From NCBI GenBank assembly GCA_963791345.1, contig CAWBRS010000010.1, forward strand, positions 38,656 to 102,655: a stretch of 64,000 bases of DNA. The letters run 5' to 3'. The notes beneath the pieces were generated by a model. That model worked only from the letters and a program-made list of their open reading frames with translations. It had not been told where the DNA came from and did no database searches. The position numbers and the translations under genes are program-made. Source of the DNA: an uncultured Thermoleophilia bacterium. GTDB taxonomy: Bacteria > Actinomycetota > Thermoleophilia > UBA2241. Positions 62,255-64,000 of the stretch are shown here, piece by piece (positions within the stretch are counted from its first letter, which is position 1; every line of letters starts with the position of its first letter).

Positions 62255-62497
62255 GAGCACAGGGGTATCATGTCGACCGCCGCCTGGGGCCGGCGGCGGC
62301 CGGCGTAGCGCTCCTGCCGCATCTCGGAAGGACGGCCGGAGCACGCAATGCCGATGCTCTGCAGCGGCTCGGCAGGGACACCCCAATGAGTCCAACGCCG
62401 CAACGGCCGCGGTGTTAACCAACAGCGTGGACCGTCCCGGCGAGCGCGGGAGAGCCGGCGCGTGGTGCGCGGCGTGCGGGCGACACTCGACCCCCTC

Positions 62498-63442
62498 TCA
62501 GGCGAGCACGGTCAGCGCGGCGGGCACCACTTCGACCACGAGGGGCAGGTCCCCGAGCGGCTCGCCGTCGACGTCCAGGGGGAAGACGCGGCCGGCGCCC
62601 ACGGGCGCCGAGGGCGCGAGCTCGAGGCGGCGGCAGACGAAGTGCCCGACGCCGCGCTTCGTCAGGTGGGTACCGGAGTAGACGCTGGCGAAGTCCTTCA
62701 GCATCGTGACGCGGGACCGCCGCTCGATGGTGACGACGTCGAAGACGCCATCGTCGACGCGGGCGCCGGGGGCGATGCGCATGCCGCCGCCGAAGGTGTG
62801 ACCGTTGCAGACGGCGACGGCGAAGCCTTCGAGCTCACGCTCGAGCGGGGCGCCGTCCCCGAGGGTCGCGCGGCAGTCGAGGCGCCTCCGCCGGCAGGCG
62901 GCGAGCGCGGCGAGCGTCGCCAGCATGTACGCAGGGCGGCCGCCGAGCCGGTCGGGCAGCGCGGCGACGTAGCGGTCGACGAGGCCGCCGATGCCGGCGG
63001 AGAGGACGTTCACCCAGTAGCACTCCGCCGCTCGGCCGTCGGCGCCCGTGAACGCCGCCCGGCCGACGTCGACCGTGCGGCGTCGCCCGGCGCCCAGGGC
63101 GTCGAGGTACACGGCGGGGTCGTGAGCGAGACCGAGGGAACGACCGAAATCGCTGCCCGTGCCGACGGCGAGGATCGCCAGGGCCGGTCCCGCCGGCACG
63201 CCCTCGGCGAGGAGGCCGTTGGCGACCTCGTGCACGGTCCCGTCGCCGCCGAGGGCCACGACGAGCTCGCGTCCCGCCGCGGCAGCGCCCCGCGCGAGCT
63301 CGGCCGTGTGGCCGGGGCGGGCGCTGACGACGAGGTCGACGTCGCCCACGCGCTCGCGGACCGCGGCGAGCAGTGCCTCGATGTCCTGGGCGCTGTGGCC
63401 CCGGCCGGCGGCGGGGTTGGCGATGACGAGTGGGCGCGACAC
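62498..63442 (-). CDS. Diacylglycerol/lipid kinase family protein (YegS/BmrU-like)
   Basis: 314 aa with LVIANPAAGRG and VVALGGDGTVHEVANGL. Confidence 0.85.
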   Translation of the reverse strand: MSRPLVIANPAAGRGHSAQDIEALLAAVRERVGDVDLVVSARPGHTAELARGAAAAGRELVVALGGDGTVHEVANGLLAEGVPAGPALAILAVGTGSDFGRSLGLAHDPAVYLDALGAGRRRTVDVGRAAFTGADGRAAECYWVNVLSAGIGGLVDRYVAALPDRLGGRPAYMLATLAALAACRRRRLDCRATLGDGAPLERELEGFAVAVCNGHTFGGGMRIAPGARVDDGVFDVVTIERRSRVTMLKDFASVYSGTHLTKRGVGHFVCRRLELAPSAPVGAGRVFPLDVDGEPLGDLPLVVEVVPAALTVLA

Positions 63443-63591
63443 CCGCCGAACGCTACCAGACGGACGCCGGCTTGGGGAGGAGGATGGGACGCGCCGGAGG
63501 CGCCCGTGGCCCGCGTGGGGCCGGCGTTCAGGTCACGCCGTCGAGGACGTGGCCGGCCCGCAAGCCGGGCCGTCGGGGGTGTGGTCGGCGT

Positions 63592-63801
63592 TCAGGCGAC
63601 GCCGGCGGGCGCGCGGACCGGGTCATCGACGCGCACGAAGGTGCGGCACGACCCGGTACACAGCCCGCAGTCGATGCACAGATCCTGATCGACGCGTGGC
63701 GCGGAGTGGATGTCGTCCTGGACGATGGCGCCGGTGGGGCAGACGTGGACTGTGGGGCAAGCGTGGTTCTTCGGGCAGAAGCGCTCGTCGACGGCGATCA
63801 T
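63592..63801 (-). CDS. Small 4Fe-4S ferredoxin-like protein
   Basis: 69 aa from ATG 63801, with two Cys clusters: CPKNHACPTVHVCP and CIDCGLCTGSC. Confidence 0.6.
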   Translation of the reverse strand: MIAVDERFCPKNHACPTVHVCPTGAIVQDDIHSAPRVDQDLCIDCGLCTGSCRTFVRVDDPVRAPAGVA

Positions 63802-63909
63802 GGGGTCTCCGTGGGTCGTGTGGGGTCGTGGTCGCTGCACGAGTCTATACCCCCAGGGGGTATATGTCGACACCGTCGCGGCCAGGTGCGGCTGCGATAG
63901 GATGACGGC

Positions 63910-64000
63910 GTGAGCATCGACGACACGTTCGCGACGCGCGACGACCCCCTGCTCGTCAAGACCGCGGAAGGCTGCCCGTTGCCCCTGCGGCTGCTGGGGC
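63910..64000 (+). CDS. Start of an unidentified gene (possibly an HxlR-type regulator); runs off the right edge
   Basis: GTG 63910, reading VSIDDTFATRDDPLLVKTAEGCPLPLRLLG.... The C-P-x-x-x-x-L-L-G stretch faintly resembles HxlR N-termini. Only 30 codons are visible. Confidence 0.25.
   Translation, partial: MSIDDTFATRDDPLLVKTAEGCPLPLRLLG

Overview
This is a very GC-rich (about 70% by eye) bacterial chromosomal segment. It looks Gram-positive or Actinomycetota-like: strong GGAGG ribosome-binding sites, many GTG/TTG starts, ATGA/GTGA overlapping gene junctions, and an SLT/Rpf-type wall hydrolase. I recognised no rRNA, tRNA, CRISPR array, transposase or integrase.

Layout, left to right:
- 1-1.6 kb: Liv-type amino-acid ABC uptake genes.
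- 2.2-5.0 kb: a disrupted P-type ATPase.
- 5.1-6.2 kb: a radical SAM gene.
- 6.3-11.7 kb: a minus-strand efflux operon (ABC-2 permease, double-NBD ATPase, MFS, TetR).
- 11.9-12.9 kb: a secreted coiled-coil/SLT protein.
- 13.1-35.3 kb: a roughly 22-kb amine/methylamine island.
- 35.7-44.2 kb: an amine-assimilation block (SDR, two glutamine-synthetase-like ligases, aldehyde:ferredoxin oxidoreductase, MoaD-like protein, GntR, APC permease).
- 44.3-64 kb: mixed genes (HAD, PPK2, a large secreted C1-peptidase/BNR-propeller protein, SpoIID, CAP, a 4xGAF HD-GYP protein, a YhaO/YhaN-like nuclease/ATPase pair, a lipid kinase and a ferredoxin).

The island is the main result:
- It is headed by two near-identical DeoR regulators with identical promoter/operator architecture.
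- It encodes members of all three methylamine methyltransferase superfamilies (MttB-like, MtmB-like, MtbB) plus one corrinoid protein.
- It carries a duplicated module of choline/ethanolamine-type kinase, metallophosphoesterase, APC permease and a nucleotidyltransferase-like protein.
- It ends in a transaldolase, HisC-like aminotransferase, transketolase, mtbB operon.
- The mtbB homologue has a single in-frame TAG exactly where archaeal MtbB carries pyrrolysine, whereas the MttB and MtmB homologues are uninterrupted (non-Pyl).

A second pervasive feature is about 14 single-nucleotide frame disruptions across 8 otherwise well-conserved genes. These are either assembly indels or real pseudogenisation.
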